Source: a bacterium
Lineage (GTDB): Bacteria; UBA8248
Length of the DNA stretch: 64,000 nucleotides
Reading direction: 5' to 3'
Assembly: GCA_965203325.1 (NCBI GenBank)
Contig: OZ241875.1
Coordinates: 736,001 to 800,000 of the forward strand
A program made the translations under genes and the position numbers. Below are positions 45,986-58,008 of the stretch, in pieces. A model generated the notes under the pieces. The model was not told where the DNA came from and made no database searches. It saw only the letters and a program-made list of their open reading frames with translations. Position 1 is the stretch's first letter. The number at the start of each line of letters is the position of its first letter.

Positions 45986-47032
45986 ATGCGCCGGGTCCGC
46001 GTCGTCGCACGCATGCTGCCCTGCATCCGCGCCCTGCGCGGCAGGCCCTTCGCGCCTGCGATTGAAGAGCGCATGACCCGTGCGATGGATGAGGAGAAAA
46101 TCGAACTCATCATCGAACCCGACGCCGGAAAACGGATGGCGGCGCTTGAGGAGGCGGATTTCTTTCTCTGCGAGAACGACCCGCTGCCTGAGGATTTTTA
46201 TGCGCGCGCAAAAAAGCTGAAACTCATCCAGGCGGGCGGCTATTTCTTCGAGAAACTGCAAATCGAGCGCGCCACGCGGGCGGGCGTGCCCGTGATGACC
46301 TTCCCGATGCCGATCACCGACTCGGTGGCGGACCACACCCTGATGATGCTGTTGGCGCTCAAGAGAAATTTCGAAGGCGCCATGCGCGACGCCCGCGAAG
46401 GTTCGGACAATCCCCCATCCCCCCAAAGGCCGGACGGCAGCGCGTTTAACTGGACGCAGACGCAGGGCATCGCCCCGCTGCGCGGCGCCCGCCTGGGCGT
46501 TCTGGGGATGGGCGACATCGGACGCGGCGTATCCCTGCGCGCCCGCGCGTTCGGGATGGAGATTCTGTATTGGAACAGAACGCCGCTGCCCGAATCCGTG
46601 GACGAGGCGCTGGGCGCGCGGCCAGTGACGCGTGAGGAGTTGTTCCAAAACGCAGACGCGCTTCTGGTCGGCGTCGCCTTGAACGAGGAGACGCGCGGCA
46701 TCATCGGCGAGAAGGAGATTCGCGCGCTGCCCAAAGGGGCATACATCCTGAACATCGGGCGCGGGCCGCTCATCGATCAGGAAGCCATGTATCGCGCGCT
46801 CACAGACGGCCACCTGGGCGGGGCGGGGCTGGACGTCTTCGACCCCGAGCCGTTTCCCCCCGAACACCCGCTGCTGCGTCTGCCGAACGTCATCCCCACG
46901 CCGCACTGCGCGGGCGGGGACGATGAGAACATCATCCGGGAAATCGAGGTTTACTTCGAAAACATCCACCGCGCCCTGAACGGCGAAGCGCCCCTGGGCG
47001 TGGTGAACGGCGCCCCCTGGCGGGGTTTGTAG
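45986..47032 (+). CDS. D-isomer-specific 2-hydroxyacid dehydrogenase
   Basis: GMGDIG, NIGRG, LDVFDPEP, TPHCAG. Confidence 0.93.
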   Translation: MRRVRVVARMLPCIRALRGRPFAPAIEERMTRAMDEEKIELIIEPDAGKRMAALEEADFFLCENDPLPEDFYARAKKLKLIQAGGYFFEKLQIERATRAGVPVMTFPMPITDSVADHTLMMLLALKRNFEGAMRDAREGSDNPPSPQRPDGSAFNWTQTQGIAPLRGARLGVLGMGDIGRGVSLRARAFGMEILYWNRTPLPESVDEALGARPVTREELFQNADALLVGVALNEETRGIIGEKEIRALPKGAYILNIGRGPLIDQEAMYRALTDGHLGGAGLDVFDPEPFPPEHPLLRLPNVIPTPHCAGGDDENIIREIEVYFENIHRALNGEAPLGVVNGAPWRGL

Positions 47033-47035
47033 GCG

Positions 47036-47767
47036 ATGTGCGGACGCTTCACCCTCATCGAACCCATCCCCTGGCTCGCGGAAATTTTAGGCCTTGAAAA
47101 CCCGGAAAGCGTGGGCGAGCTTCCGCCCCGCTACAACGTCTCGCCGGGCACGGAGGTCGTGATCGTCCGCACGAAAGAATCGACTGATACGAACGCGCGC
47201 GAACTCGCCCTCGCCCGCTGGGGCCTGGTGCCCTTCTGGGCGAAGGACCCCGATTTCGGGACCAGAACGATAAACGCACGCTCGGAAACCGCTGCAGAGA
47301 AACCCGCCTTCCGCGCCGCATTCCGCTACAGGCGATGCCTCATCCCCGCGGACGGCTTTTACGAGTGGGCGGGGAGCGGGAGAAAAAAACAGCCTTGGTT
47401 CATTCATCTGGCAGACAGGAAACCCTTCGCTTTCGCGGGTCTTTGGGAGAGTTGGACGGGGGCGGACGGGAGCGTTCTCGAGACCTGCACGATCCTCACG
47501 ACGGGGGCGAACGAGAAACTGGCCGAACTGCACCACCGGATGCCGGTCATCCTGCCCGAGGCATCTTATGCGGACTGGCTGAACCCGCGCGAGAACCGCG
47601 CGAAGGTTCTCCAGCCGTTTCTCAAGCCCTATCCCTCCGACGCCTTTTCGTATTACCCGGTGAGCGAGCGGGTGAACAGCCCGAGAAACGACGATGCGGC
47701 GTGTACCGAAAGACACGAAGAGGAGAAGGAGCCGCCACAGCTTCAGGGCTCGCTCTTCGGGGATTGA
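47036..47767 (+). CDS. SOS response-associated peptidase (SRAP/YedK, abasic-site protecting)
   Basis: MCGRF N-terminus, WGLVP, INARSE, GFYEW, HHRMPVIL. Confidence 0.96.
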   Translation: MCGRFTLIEPIPWLAEILGLENPESVGELPPRYNVSPGTEVVIVRTKESTDTNARELALARWGLVPFWAKDPDFGTRTINARSETAAEKPAFRAAFRYRRCLIPADGFYEWAGSGRKKQPWFIHLADRKPFAFAGLWESWTGADGSVLETCTILTTGANEKLAELHHRMPVILPEASYADWLNPRENRAKVLQPFLKPYPSDAFSYYPVSERVNSPRNDDAACTERHEEEKEPPQLQGSLFGD

Positions 47768-47798
47768 GGCGAGGGAGCGGATGACCCCAGAGATACTT

Positions 47799-48097
47799 AG
47801 AGGACAGGCACGGGGGCCTGTCCCTACACACCCTAACGAGTGACGGACTGTAGGGACACCCCCCCGTGGTTGTCCGTCGTTACGACCTTTTCCTGCGAAG
47901 CAGGGCGGCTTTGCTCGTCATTCCGGCGAAAGCCGGAATGACGGCGGTGGCAAAAATGTCGGAGAGGAAAAGCGAGTTCATCGGATGGCGCTGCGCAGGG
48001 CGCGATGGTTCTGTAGGGACAGGTCGCGACCTGTCCCTACGGTGAACAATTCGATAATTGGGATGCTGTCCCCCCTTGGGACTTTCTCAACAATTCC
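47799..48097. repeat. Cluster of GTAG- and CGTC-type REP-like palindromes
   Basis: GGACAGGC..GCCTGTCCCTAC (47802), CGTCATTCCGGCGAAAGCCGGAATGACG (47916-47943), GTAGGGACAGGTCGCGACCTGTCCCTAC (48013-48040). Confidence 0.85.
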
Positions 48098-48219
48098 GCC
48101 TGCATTTCCTACGAGCCGTTAGACAAAAACTGGGCGGACACATTCGGGCTTCGCTTCCTCAGCGAAGCCCGGAACATCTATGGAAAATCTTTCGTTATCA
48201 ATTACTTACAAAGCGAAGC

Positions 48220-49413
48220 TCACGAAATAGACGAACCCTCGGGTTGTTCTTCTATCGGCGCATCGGTGGTGAGGCGCTTTTTCGCCGTGGGCGCGTAGCC
48301 GCCACCCGCCATCGTGGAGGCGATTTCGAGCACCTCGCTCATGGATTCGGGGATTCCCGAGGGATAGGCATCGTCGGGACACTTGCTGTTCGTCATGAAC
48401 GCGCACGGCTTGCACTCGATGCAGCGGATGACTTCCCCGTCCCGCCCGGCGAGCGCCTTGTTCGCATAGTCCGGATCCGTGAGCAGGGCGCGTCCCACGC
48501 CGACGAAATCGGCACCCCCATCGAGATACGCCTGTATCCGCGCGGGCTCGAAGGCGGCCCCGTTCGCGACCAGGGGAACGTCCACCGCTTTGCGCAGCCT
48601 GTCGAAAGCGGGGTTGTACAAATCCGGCATGACGGGCAGGCCCACGCGCGCGTTTCGCGAGCAATGGAGGATGTCGACCCCCGCCTCCACGAGCGCGGGC
48701 GCAAGGGCCAGCGTGTCCTCCACCGTGAAGCCGTTCTCGAAAGGCTCCAAAAGCCCTAGGCGATAGCTCACCACCATCTCGTCTCCCCCGCCCTCGCGCA
48801 CGGCCTGCGCCACCTCGATCGGAAAGCGCATGCGGTTCTCAAGCGCGCCGCCGTAGCCGTCCGTCCGCTGGTTCGAAGCCGGCGAGAAGAACTGCTGGCA
48901 CAGATACCAGGTCGCCCCGTGAATTTCGAGTATCTTTCCCCCCGCCTCGCGCACCCTGCGCGCCGCGTCGCCATAAGCCTTGACGGCGGTTTTGATATCC
49001 GCCTCGCTCATCTCGCGCGGCACCTCGTCTTCGGTGGGATGCGGGATGGGAGAAGGTCCCACGGGCTCCATCCCCGTGATGGCGCTGAGCGCCGTCCTGC
49101 CCGCGTGATAAATCTGGACGGCGAGCGGCGCGCCGGCGTCTTCCACCGCCTGAATCAGTTCACGAAGCGCGGGGACGTGCGCGTCGTCATGCGTGCTCAA
49201 CTGGTTGGGAAAGCCCTTCCCCTCCTGGTTGACGTAGGTCGCCTCGGTGAAGCAAATCGCTGCGCCCCCTCTGGCGCGGGCTTTATAGTGCGCGTGCGAC
49301 CAGGCGGAGGGCGCGCCGTCTTCTTCTGCGCGCGAGGTCGTCATCGCGGACATGAGGATGCGGTGCTTGATGCGCTGCCCTCGGACTTCGATGGGATCCG
49401 TAAATTTAGCCAT
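48220..49413 (-). CDS. NADH:flavin oxidoreductase (Old Yellow Enzyme family)
   Basis: QIYHAGR, EIHGATWYLCQQFFSP, NQRTDGYGG, GRALLTDP, CIECKPC Fe-S motif. Confidence 0.93.
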   Translation of the reverse strand: MAKFTDPIEVRGQRIKHRILMSAMTTSRAEEDGAPSAWSHAHYKARARGGAAICFTEATYVNQEGKGFPNQLSTHDDAHVPALRELIQAVEDAGAPLAVQIYHAGRTALSAITGMEPVGPSPIPHPTEDEVPREMSEADIKTAVKAYGDAARRVREAGGKILEIHGATWYLCQQFFSPASNQRTDGYGGALENRMRFPIEVAQAVREGGGDEMVVSYRLGLLEPFENGFTVEDTLALAPALVEAGVDILHCSRNARVGLPVMPDLYNPAFDRLRKAVDVPLVANGAAFEPARIQAYLDGGADFVGVGRALLTDPDYANKALAGRDGEVIRCIECKPCAFMTNSKCPDDAYPSGIPESMSEVLEIASTMAGGGYAPTAKKRLTTDAPIEEQPEGSSIS

Positions 49414-49531
49414 GTAGAGAAATCTCCCGAAAATCACCCCCAACAACCACCATCGCGGCGAGCCCGCCGGACCCGCCGCGATGCGATCTGAAAATCAGGA
49501 GGGCGGAAACTGCACCCGCTCCCCGCTCGTT

Positions 49532-50326
49532 TTAGTTTCTCGCCAGAAAATCCTCGATGTCGCGCAAGGATTCCTCAAAGCACTGGATGAGGAAGAAGTG
49601 GCTCGCCTCCTCGTAAATCTTGATCTCACAACCCGGCACGCGGTCGGCTATCTCCTGGGAAGCGCTCGCCGCGCACAGCACGTCCTGCCCGCCCGCGAGC
49701 ACGAGCGTCGGGCACTTCACCTCGTGGAGCCTGTCGAGCGCGTCGTGCGTGAGGCAGGCGTGGGTGGAATTCACATAACCGGGTATGGGCCTGTCCGTGT
49801 TCCCGAGTCCCGCCTCGAACGCGTCGAGCTGTTCCTTGTTCTCGTTGAAATAGTGCGGCGGAAAGAAGAAGAGCGATTGGTGCATCGCGGCCGGTCCGTA
49901 GCCCTGGGCCTTCACCACCTCGTTGATGTTGTAGAGGATCTGGTAGCCGTATCTGTCCAGCTTGCCGAAAGAGGCGGTGATGAGGAGGCTGCGCACGCGG
50001 TCGGGATAGTCGAGCGCCATCATCTGGGCGATGGCTCCCCCCATCGAGCGTCCGATGACGTGCGCGGGCTCGGTGATGCCCACCGCGTCCATCAGGCCGA
50101 TGGTGTCGGCCGCGAAATGGCTCGACGTATAGGGATAATCAGGCGCGGAACTCCTGCCCGCTCCCCGGTTGTCGAAGGCCAGCACGCGGTAGTTCTTCTC
50201 CAGGCTCTCGATTTGCGCCTTCCACGCGCTGCAATCGCCGGCGAGGCCATGGATGAGAACGACGGGAACGCCTTCCCCGTAATCCTCATAGTAAAGCTCT
50301 ACGTCACCCACCTGAACTTTCGGCAT
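49532..50326 (-). CDS. Alpha/beta hydrolase (RutD/PcaD-like)
   Basis: HGLAG, DNRGAGRS, GRSMGG, GQD, SHFF. Confidence 0.92.
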   Translation of the reverse strand: MPKVQVGDVELYYEDYGEGVPVVLIHGLAGDCSAWKAQIESLEKNYRVLAFDNRGAGRSSAPDYPYTSSHFAADTIGLMDAVGITEPAHVIGRSMGGAIAQMMALDYPDRVRSLLITASFGKLDRYGYQILYNINEVVKAQGYGPAAMHQSLFFFPPHYFNENKEQLDAFEAGLGNTDRPIPGYVNSTHACLTHDALDRLHEVKCPTLVLAGGQDVLCAASASQEIADRVPGCEIKIYEEASHFFLIQCFEESLRDIEDFLARN

Positions 50327-50437
50327 CTTGGTAATCCTCTTCTGTGAATAGTCGAAAAGCCGCTCCTAGGCCCCTCGCGCGGCCGCGGCGGCCCGCCTGC
50401 GAAAATCGAATTACGCTCTATTTCGAGCGCGGGGGAA

Positions 50438-51175
50438 TCAGCTCTTTTTCCCCTCGGCGCCCTCGGCGACTTTATCCATGAACTCCTCGTTGTCGAACAC
50501 CCAGCCGAGGCAGCGCATGACGTTCTGCATCCCGAAGACGTGGAGGTCCGGCCCGTACATGCTCTTCACGCAGTCGGAGAGCATCACCACCCGGTAGTCG
50601 TAGTTGAAGGCGGTGAAGGCCGTGTTCAGAACGCACGTGTTCGTGTTGATGCCCATGAGGCAGACGTTCTTCGTGCCGAGTGAGTCGAGGAGCATCTGGA
50701 GGTCCGTTCCCATGAAGCAGTCGAGGCGCTTTTTGTTGTCGATGACGTAGTCGCCTTCTTCCACGAGGGAGGGAATCATCTCGGTCGTCACCTCGCCCAT
50801 GATGTTGTGGTCGTTCACCGTGCTCTTGCGGCCCAGGGTGAGGCGGTTCTTCTCGTCCTGAATGTCGTGGAGCGCCTTCCAGAAGTGGACCCGCATGCCC
50901 TCGCTTCCGAGGCCGGGAATCTTCCGGAAGATGAGCTTCACGTGGACGACGGGAATTCCGTGGCTTCTGGCGAAACCGAGGAGTTCCTCTGCCGCGCTGA
51001 TGACGCTCTCGCAATCCTCGTCACTCGCCGGCATGGTGGCGACTTCGGGGTCCAGGTGCCCCCGGTGCATGTCGATGGTGACGATGGTGGTTTCTTTGGG
51101 ATCGAGCGATATCATTTCCTTCAACTGATCCGTCATCTCGGAGCGATCAAGAATCTCTACTTGTTGTGCGCACAT
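50438..51175 (-). CDS. Cysteine hydrolase (isochorismatase family)
   Basis: TIDM (Asp), KKRLDCF (Lys), GINTNTCV (Cys); start MCAQQ. Confidence 0.92.
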   Translation of the reverse strand: MCAQQVEILDRSEMTDQLKEMISLDPKETTIVTIDMHRGHLDPEVATMPASDEDCESVISAAEELLGFARSHGIPVVHVKLIFRKIPGLGSEGMRVHFWKALHDIQDEKNRLTLGRKSTVNDHNIMGEVTTEMIPSLVEEGDYVIDNKKRLDCFMGTDLQMLLDSLGTKNVCLMGINTNTCVLNTAFTAFNYDYRVVMLSDCVKSMYGPDLHVFGMQNVMRCLGWVFDNEEFMDKVAEGAEGKKS

Positions 51176-51400
51176 GGCTTCACCCCTCTGCATGAGAATA
51201 GATGGACAGGTTCCTATCGAATGCTCATAGCATAGTACATATCGCCGGGATTGAAAACGGGGGGATGGGGCGGACTTTCGGGGCGTGATAGCGTTCAACT
51301 TGGTATCTCTTTTATTCGGTAGTATCATCGCATATCGGATATGGAGCACCGCTCCACCCGTGAAGGCCCTGACTAGATTGGCTACGCAAGGATAAGCGAA

Positions 51401-52540
51401 ATGCTGAAGTTCACGAAGTTGCGCCTGAAAAACTGGAAGAACTTCAAGAGCGTGGAATTCGACCTACAGAATCGCATGTTCCTTGTCGGCCCCAACGCCT
51501 CGGGAAAATCGAATCTCCTGGACGCTTTCCGCTTCCTGCGTGATCTCGCTTTATCAGGCGGCGGCTTCGAAGAGGCCGTAAATCGGCGAGGTGGAATGAA
51601 CGCCATTCGCTGCCTGGCGGCGCGAAAAAAACCGGACGTCGAGATCGGCGTCGAGCTGCAAGAAGTCGAAGGACATCGCTGGAAGTATGAACTCGCCTTC
51701 CACCAGGACAACCGACGCCGACCGTTGGTGCGCAAGGAACGTATTTGGCAAGACGACGAAGCGATCATTGACCGACCAAATGAAGAAGATTGCAAAGACA
51801 CTCAACGCCTGACCCAGACCTACCTGGAGCAGGTGAACGTAAACCAGCCGTTTCGCGAGCTGGTTTCGTTCTTCGCATCCATCCGCTACTTGCACATCGT
51901 GCCGCAAATTCTGCGCGAACCGGACCGAGCACAAGGCAGATCGAATGATCCCTTCGGAGGCGATTTCCTGGAGCAAATCGCCAATACGCGAAAACAAACC
52001 CAAAACGCGCGAATGAAACGAATTCAGAGAGCGCTTCGCGTGGCGGTGCCGCAACTCGAAGAGATTGAATTGGAGCGAGATGAGCGCGGGACACCCCATC
52101 TGCGCGGCAAATACCAGCACTGGCGGCCCCAGGGGGCATGGCAAAACGAGGAGCAATTCTCCGACGGCACTTTGCGCCTTATCGGACTACTCTGGGCGGC
52201 CTTGGAGACGGGTGGGCCATTGCTGCTCGAGGAGCCGGAGTTGTCGCTGCATCCCGAAATCGTGCGCATGCTTCCGCAGATGCTGGCGCGCGTTCAACGC
52301 CGCACAGGAAGACAGATATTCATGAGCACGCATTCGCCGGAGTTGCTGCACGATGAGGGGATCGGCCTCGACGAAACACTTCTATTCCTTCCCAGGAAAG
52401 AGGGCACCGAGGTAGAACCCGCAGCATGTGATGCCGACATTCCACACTTATTGGAAGGCGGGCTCCAACTCAACGATATTGTGCTCCCCAAAACACGGCC
52501 TGAAAACGCTACAGAGTTGTTTATGATCGCGGATGCGTGA
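51401..52540 (+). CDS. ABC-type (AAA_21/AAA_15) ATPase
   Basis: LKNWKNF, GPNASGKSN, FSDGTLR, LLEEPE, STHS. Confidence 0.93.
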   Translation: MLKFTKLRLKNWKNFKSVEFDLQNRMFLVGPNASGKSNLLDAFRFLRDLALSGGGFEEAVNRRGGMNAIRCLAARKKPDVEIGVELQEVEGHRWKYELAFHQDNRRRPLVRKERIWQDDEAIIDRPNEEDCKDTQRLTQTYLEQVNVNQPFRELVSFFASIRYLHIVPQILREPDRAQGRSNDPFGGDFLEQIANTRKQTQNARMKRIQRALRVAVPQLEEIELERDERGTPHLRGKYQHWRPQGAWQNEEQFSDGTLRLIGLLWAALETGGPLLLEEPELSLHPEIVRMLPQMLARVQRRTGRQIFMSTHSPELLHDEGIGLDETLLFLPRKEGTEVEPAACDADIPHLLEGGLQLNDIVLPKTRPENATELFMIADA

Positions 52541-53153
52541 AGCGTTGGCGGCTCCAGTAATCAAAGCCGCGGTTGAAGGAATCGTGGACGAAGCGGTCGT
52601 GAAAAAACTCATCGCTCACATCGGCGGCGCGACGATCAATATATACGGAAGAAAAGGCAAACCTTTCCTACGTACAAAGATCGGCGGCTACAACAACGAT
52701 GCCCGGACACGTCACACACCATGGCTCGTGCTGGCCGATCTCGATAACGAAGCGGACTGCGCGCCTTCTATGCGCGACGGGTGGTTGCCCGACCCCGCAG
52801 ATAATCTTTGCTTCCGGATCGCCGTCCGCGAGGTCGAAACCTGGCTGATGGCGGACGCCGAAACACTCGCCAAACACCTGAGCATATCGCCGAACCGGAT
52901 TTCCAGAACACCCGAAAACATCGAGCATCCAAAAGACGAAATGGTGAATTTGGGACGGCGTTCGCGTCGGAGAGATGTTCGCGAGGACATGGTACCTCGT
53001 GAGAGAAGCGGGCGTCGAGTGGGACCCGCCTACGCATCGCGGCTCATCGAGTACGTCAAGAACAAATGGCGTCCCGATGTCGCGGCTAGTCGTTCGGAAA
53101 GCCTTCGCCGAGCGATCCTTTGCTTGAAGCGACTCATGCAGACTACATCCTGA
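52533..53153 (+). CDS. DUF4276-like (TOPRIM-related) protein
   Basis: VEGIVD, DLD, REVETWLMAD, PK, SESL; overlaps the ATPase stop. Confidence 0.8.
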   Translation: MREALAAPVIKAAVEGIVDEAVVKKLIAHIGGATINIYGRKGKPFLRTKIGGYNNDARTRHTPWLVLADLDNEADCAPSMRDGWLPDPADNLCFRIAVREVETWLMADAETLAKHLSISPNRISRTPENIEHPKDEMVNLGRRSRRRDVREDMVPRERSGRRVGPAYASRLIEYVKNKWRPDVAASRSESLRRAILCLKRLMQTTS

Positions 53154-53192
53154 TTAGGTTTTCCAAGCGGAACAAACCCGGTTTTTCACGAG

Positions 53193-53219
53193 AAAAAGGC
53201 TCCCCGCCGGGGGGAGCCT
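53193..53219 (-). terminator. Intrinsic terminator after sdhB
   Basis: AGGCTCCCC/GGGGAGCCT hairpin with a T-run on the minus strand. Confidence 0.75.
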
Positions 53220-53245
53220 CATTATAACTTACTGAAATGTAAGGC

Positions 53246-53991
53246 TTAATCGCCTCTCACGGTCGCGCGGATGAACTCGCGGTTCATCTTGGCGATGTGG
53301 CTGATGCTGATGTCCTTGGGGCACATGGCCTCGCACTCGGCGTGGTTGGTGCAATTGCCGAAGCCCTCTTCATCCATCTGCGCGACCATGCTGAGCACCC
53401 GCTGCCCCCGCTCGGGCACCCCTTGCGGCAGGTGTGCGAGGTGAGAGACCTTCGCCGCAACGAAGAGCATCGCCGAGCCGTTCGGGCACGACGCCGCGCA
53501 GGCGCCGCAGCCGATGCAGGCGGCCGCGTCCATGGCCGCATCCGCATCGGGCTTGGGGATGGGGACAGCGTTGCCGTCCGGCGCGCCGCCCGTGTTTGCC
53601 GAGATGAACCCGCCCGCCTGGATGATGCGGTCGAACGAGGTGCGATCCACCACCAGGTCCTTCAATACCGGGAAAGCGCTCGCCCGCCAGGGCTCGACCG
53701 TGATGGTGTCGCCGTCGTTGAATTTTCTCATGTGAAGCTGGCAGGTGGTCGTTCCGGAGAATCCCCCGTGCGCTCTTCCGTTGATGACGAGCGAGCACGC
53801 GCCGCAGATTCCCTCGCGGCAATCGTGATCGAAGGCGATGGGTTCCTTGCCCTCCTCGATGAGACGCTCGTTCGTCACGTCGAGCATCTCCAGGAAAGAC
53901 ATGTCCGGGATGATGCCGCTTATCTGGTAGGTCTCAAGCGTTCCCGTAGACTGCCCGTCTTTTTGCCGCCAAACCCTGAGGGTGAGGTCCA

Positions 53992-53992
<1 letters not shown>
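53246..53992 (-). CDS. sdhB: Succinate dehydrogenase/fumarate reductase iron-sulfur subunit
   Basis: [35 protein letters not shown]. Confidence 0.96.
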
Positions 53993-55917
<1,925 letters not shown>

Positions 55918-55941
55918 ACCCTTCTCCTCACCAGGGGAGAA

Positions 55942-56619
55942 CTATTTCAACACACCCGCCAAGACGGCCAGCGGAATCGCCATGAAGCCCGCGGCGACAA
56001 GCACGCCGCTCCAGGGGCCCAGCCGCTTGATCAAAGGGTTGTAAGAGGGATTGTTGATCCCCAGCGACTGGAACAGACTCGTCACGCCGTGGCTCAGGTG
56101 AAGCCCCAGCAGAATCATCGAAACCAGATACACGCCCGATACCGCCGTGTTCCTGAATCCCAGAATCACCATCCTGTAGACGTCGTGGCGGCCCTGCGCG
56201 TCGTGCAACTGGGCGAATTCTGGGTTCGTGGCGAACAGCGTGAAATGAAGCAGATGGTAGGCGGCGAAAGCCAGCACCAGGGCGCCCGTCAGCACGATGG
56301 AGCGGCCCGCATAGGTGACCATCGTGGATTCGGACACGGCGTAGGCCTGCGGCCGGGCCGCCTGATTCATGCGCCAAAGGCGCAGGGCCGAGCCGATGTG
56401 CACCAGGAACACGACAAGAAGCCCTATGCGCGCCACCCACAGGAGAGCGCCGAGATCCTTCAACCCCTTCGCATAGGCGTTCGTCGCCTCGGGACCCGCG
56501 AACATCAGGAGGTTGCCGAGCATGTGGGCGATGATGAACAGGACCAGAAGAATGCCGGTGACGGCCATGGCGACTTTCGCGCCGATGGATGATTGCAGGA
56601 CTTTCGCGAACCTGCCCAT
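55942..56619 (-). CDS. sdhC: Succinate dehydrogenase cytochrome b subunit
   Basis: MAVTG...HMLGN, four TM histidines, HLSHG; heads the sdhAB genes. Confidence 0.93.
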   Translation of the reverse strand: MGRFAKVLQSSIGAKVAMAVTGILLVLFIIAHMLGNLLMFAGPEATNAYAKGLKDLGALLWVARIGLLVVFLVHIGSALRLWRMNQAARPQAYAVSESTMVTYAGRSIVLTGALVLAFAAYHLLHFTLFATNPEFAQLHDAQGRHDVYRMVILGFRNTAVSGVYLVSMILLGLHLSHGVTSLFQSLGINNPSYNPLIKRLGPWSGVLVAAGFMAIPLAVLAGVLK

Positions 56620-56844
56620 CAAATTGCTCCCCCAAAAGCAAAAAATCTCGAAATCGAGAGGGTTGATTCGTCTAATCGGGTGGCAATGTATAGTTTCGGG
56701 GGCGCATGGTCAACCGCATTTCGGGAATTCCTCTTTTTTCACCAGACCCCGTTTCGCACCTTGGCCTATTTGTGATTTTTGCGATATTTTAGACTTGGAA
56801 TCAGCCCGATTACCCAGCAAAACCACCCCGAGAGGGACGCTCAA

Positions 56845-57867
56845 ATGCTGAACGGCGACGTCTTCGTTTTCGACAACGTGGTTCACATGTACGACCTGTC
56901 TGACGAGAACCTCGCCCGCCCGGACAGCGGACTCGATCGCCTCTGGCACCTGCGCATCGGCAAGGGAAGACGCCCCAGGGGCCAGGAGGACGTCTATGCG
57001 GGCGGAGACCCCATCGGCGGGTTCGCCAGGAAATGGACGTGCGATGAGCTCGGCAGGCTGGTTTTCGAGGATTCCGAGACCGACATGGCCATGGCGCAGG
57101 CGGTCGTGCTCTACGACGTCTACAAGGAGGGCTTCTCCCCCGTTCAGGCGCAATACGATTTCGCCTGCGCGAATCCCGAGCGCGTCTTGTTCTGCGGCGG
57201 GGTGGACCCCAAATACCCGAGCGTTCAGGGCGCGCTCGAGGAACTCGAACGCCAGGTGACGGAGATGGGCGCGCGCTCTGTGAAGTTCTACAACGCCCAC
57301 ATCGACGGCAATTCATGGCGGTGCGACGACCCCGAACTCGCCTATCCCATATACGAGAAAGGCCGCGAGCTGGGGCTCAACGTGTTCCAGTACCACAAGG
57401 GCTTTCCGATCACCCGCGCGCGACTGGAGGATTTGACGCCGCTCGACATCCAGCAGGCGGCGATGGATTTTCCCGACCTCACCTTCGCCATTCACCACCT
57501 CGCGCTGCCCTACTTCGAGGAGTGCGTATACATCGCGGCGCGTTTCGAGAACGTCGTGCTCGTCCTGTCGGGCACGATGCACCTGCCCCTCGTCGCGCCC
57601 TGGCAGTTCAAGGAATACATGGGCAGGCTGCTCAGAGACGTAGGCTCCGACCGTATCATCTGGGGTTCGGAAGCGCCCCTGCTGGGCAATCCCCAGCCCA
57701 TGATCGAGTGGTTCTGGGAGATGGAGATCGACGAGGAACTCCAGGAGCGATACGGCTATCCTCCCATCACGGAACAGGACAAGCGCAACATTCTGGGCGA
57801 GAACCAGGCCAGACTCTTCGGAATCGACGTGGCGGCGAAGAAAAAAGAGCTCGGTCTCCTCGCCTGA
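56845..57867 (+). CDS. Amidohydrolase_2 family protein
   Basis: DNVVH, KFY, HKG, DFPDL...HH, WGSE, ILGENQARL. Confidence 0.9.
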   Translation: MLNGDVFVFDNVVHMYDLSDENLARPDSGLDRLWHLRIGKGRRPRGQEDVYAGGDPIGGFARKWTCDELGRLVFEDSETDMAMAQAVVLYDVYKEGFSPVQAQYDFACANPERVLFCGGVDPKYPSVQGALEELERQVTEMGARSVKFYNAHIDGNSWRCDDPELAYPIYEKGRELGLNVFQYHKGFPITRARLEDLTPLDIQQAAMDFPDLTFAIHHLALPYFEECVYIAARFENVVLVLSGTMHLPLVAPWQFKEYMGRLLRDVGSDRIIWGSEAPLLGNPQPMIEWFWEMEIDEELQERYGYPPITEQDKRNILGENQARLFGIDVAAKKKELGLLA

Positions 57868-58008
57868 GGCCACCGCGGGCCAGTCGAGGCTACGCTCTAT
57901 ACCAACGGGGTTTCGGTTTGACCCTCACCGATTTCTGCGCGAGGATGAGACGAACAACTGACAATCATCTCAGACATTTCCAGGCAAATGAAAATTGGAG
58001 GATTTTCC

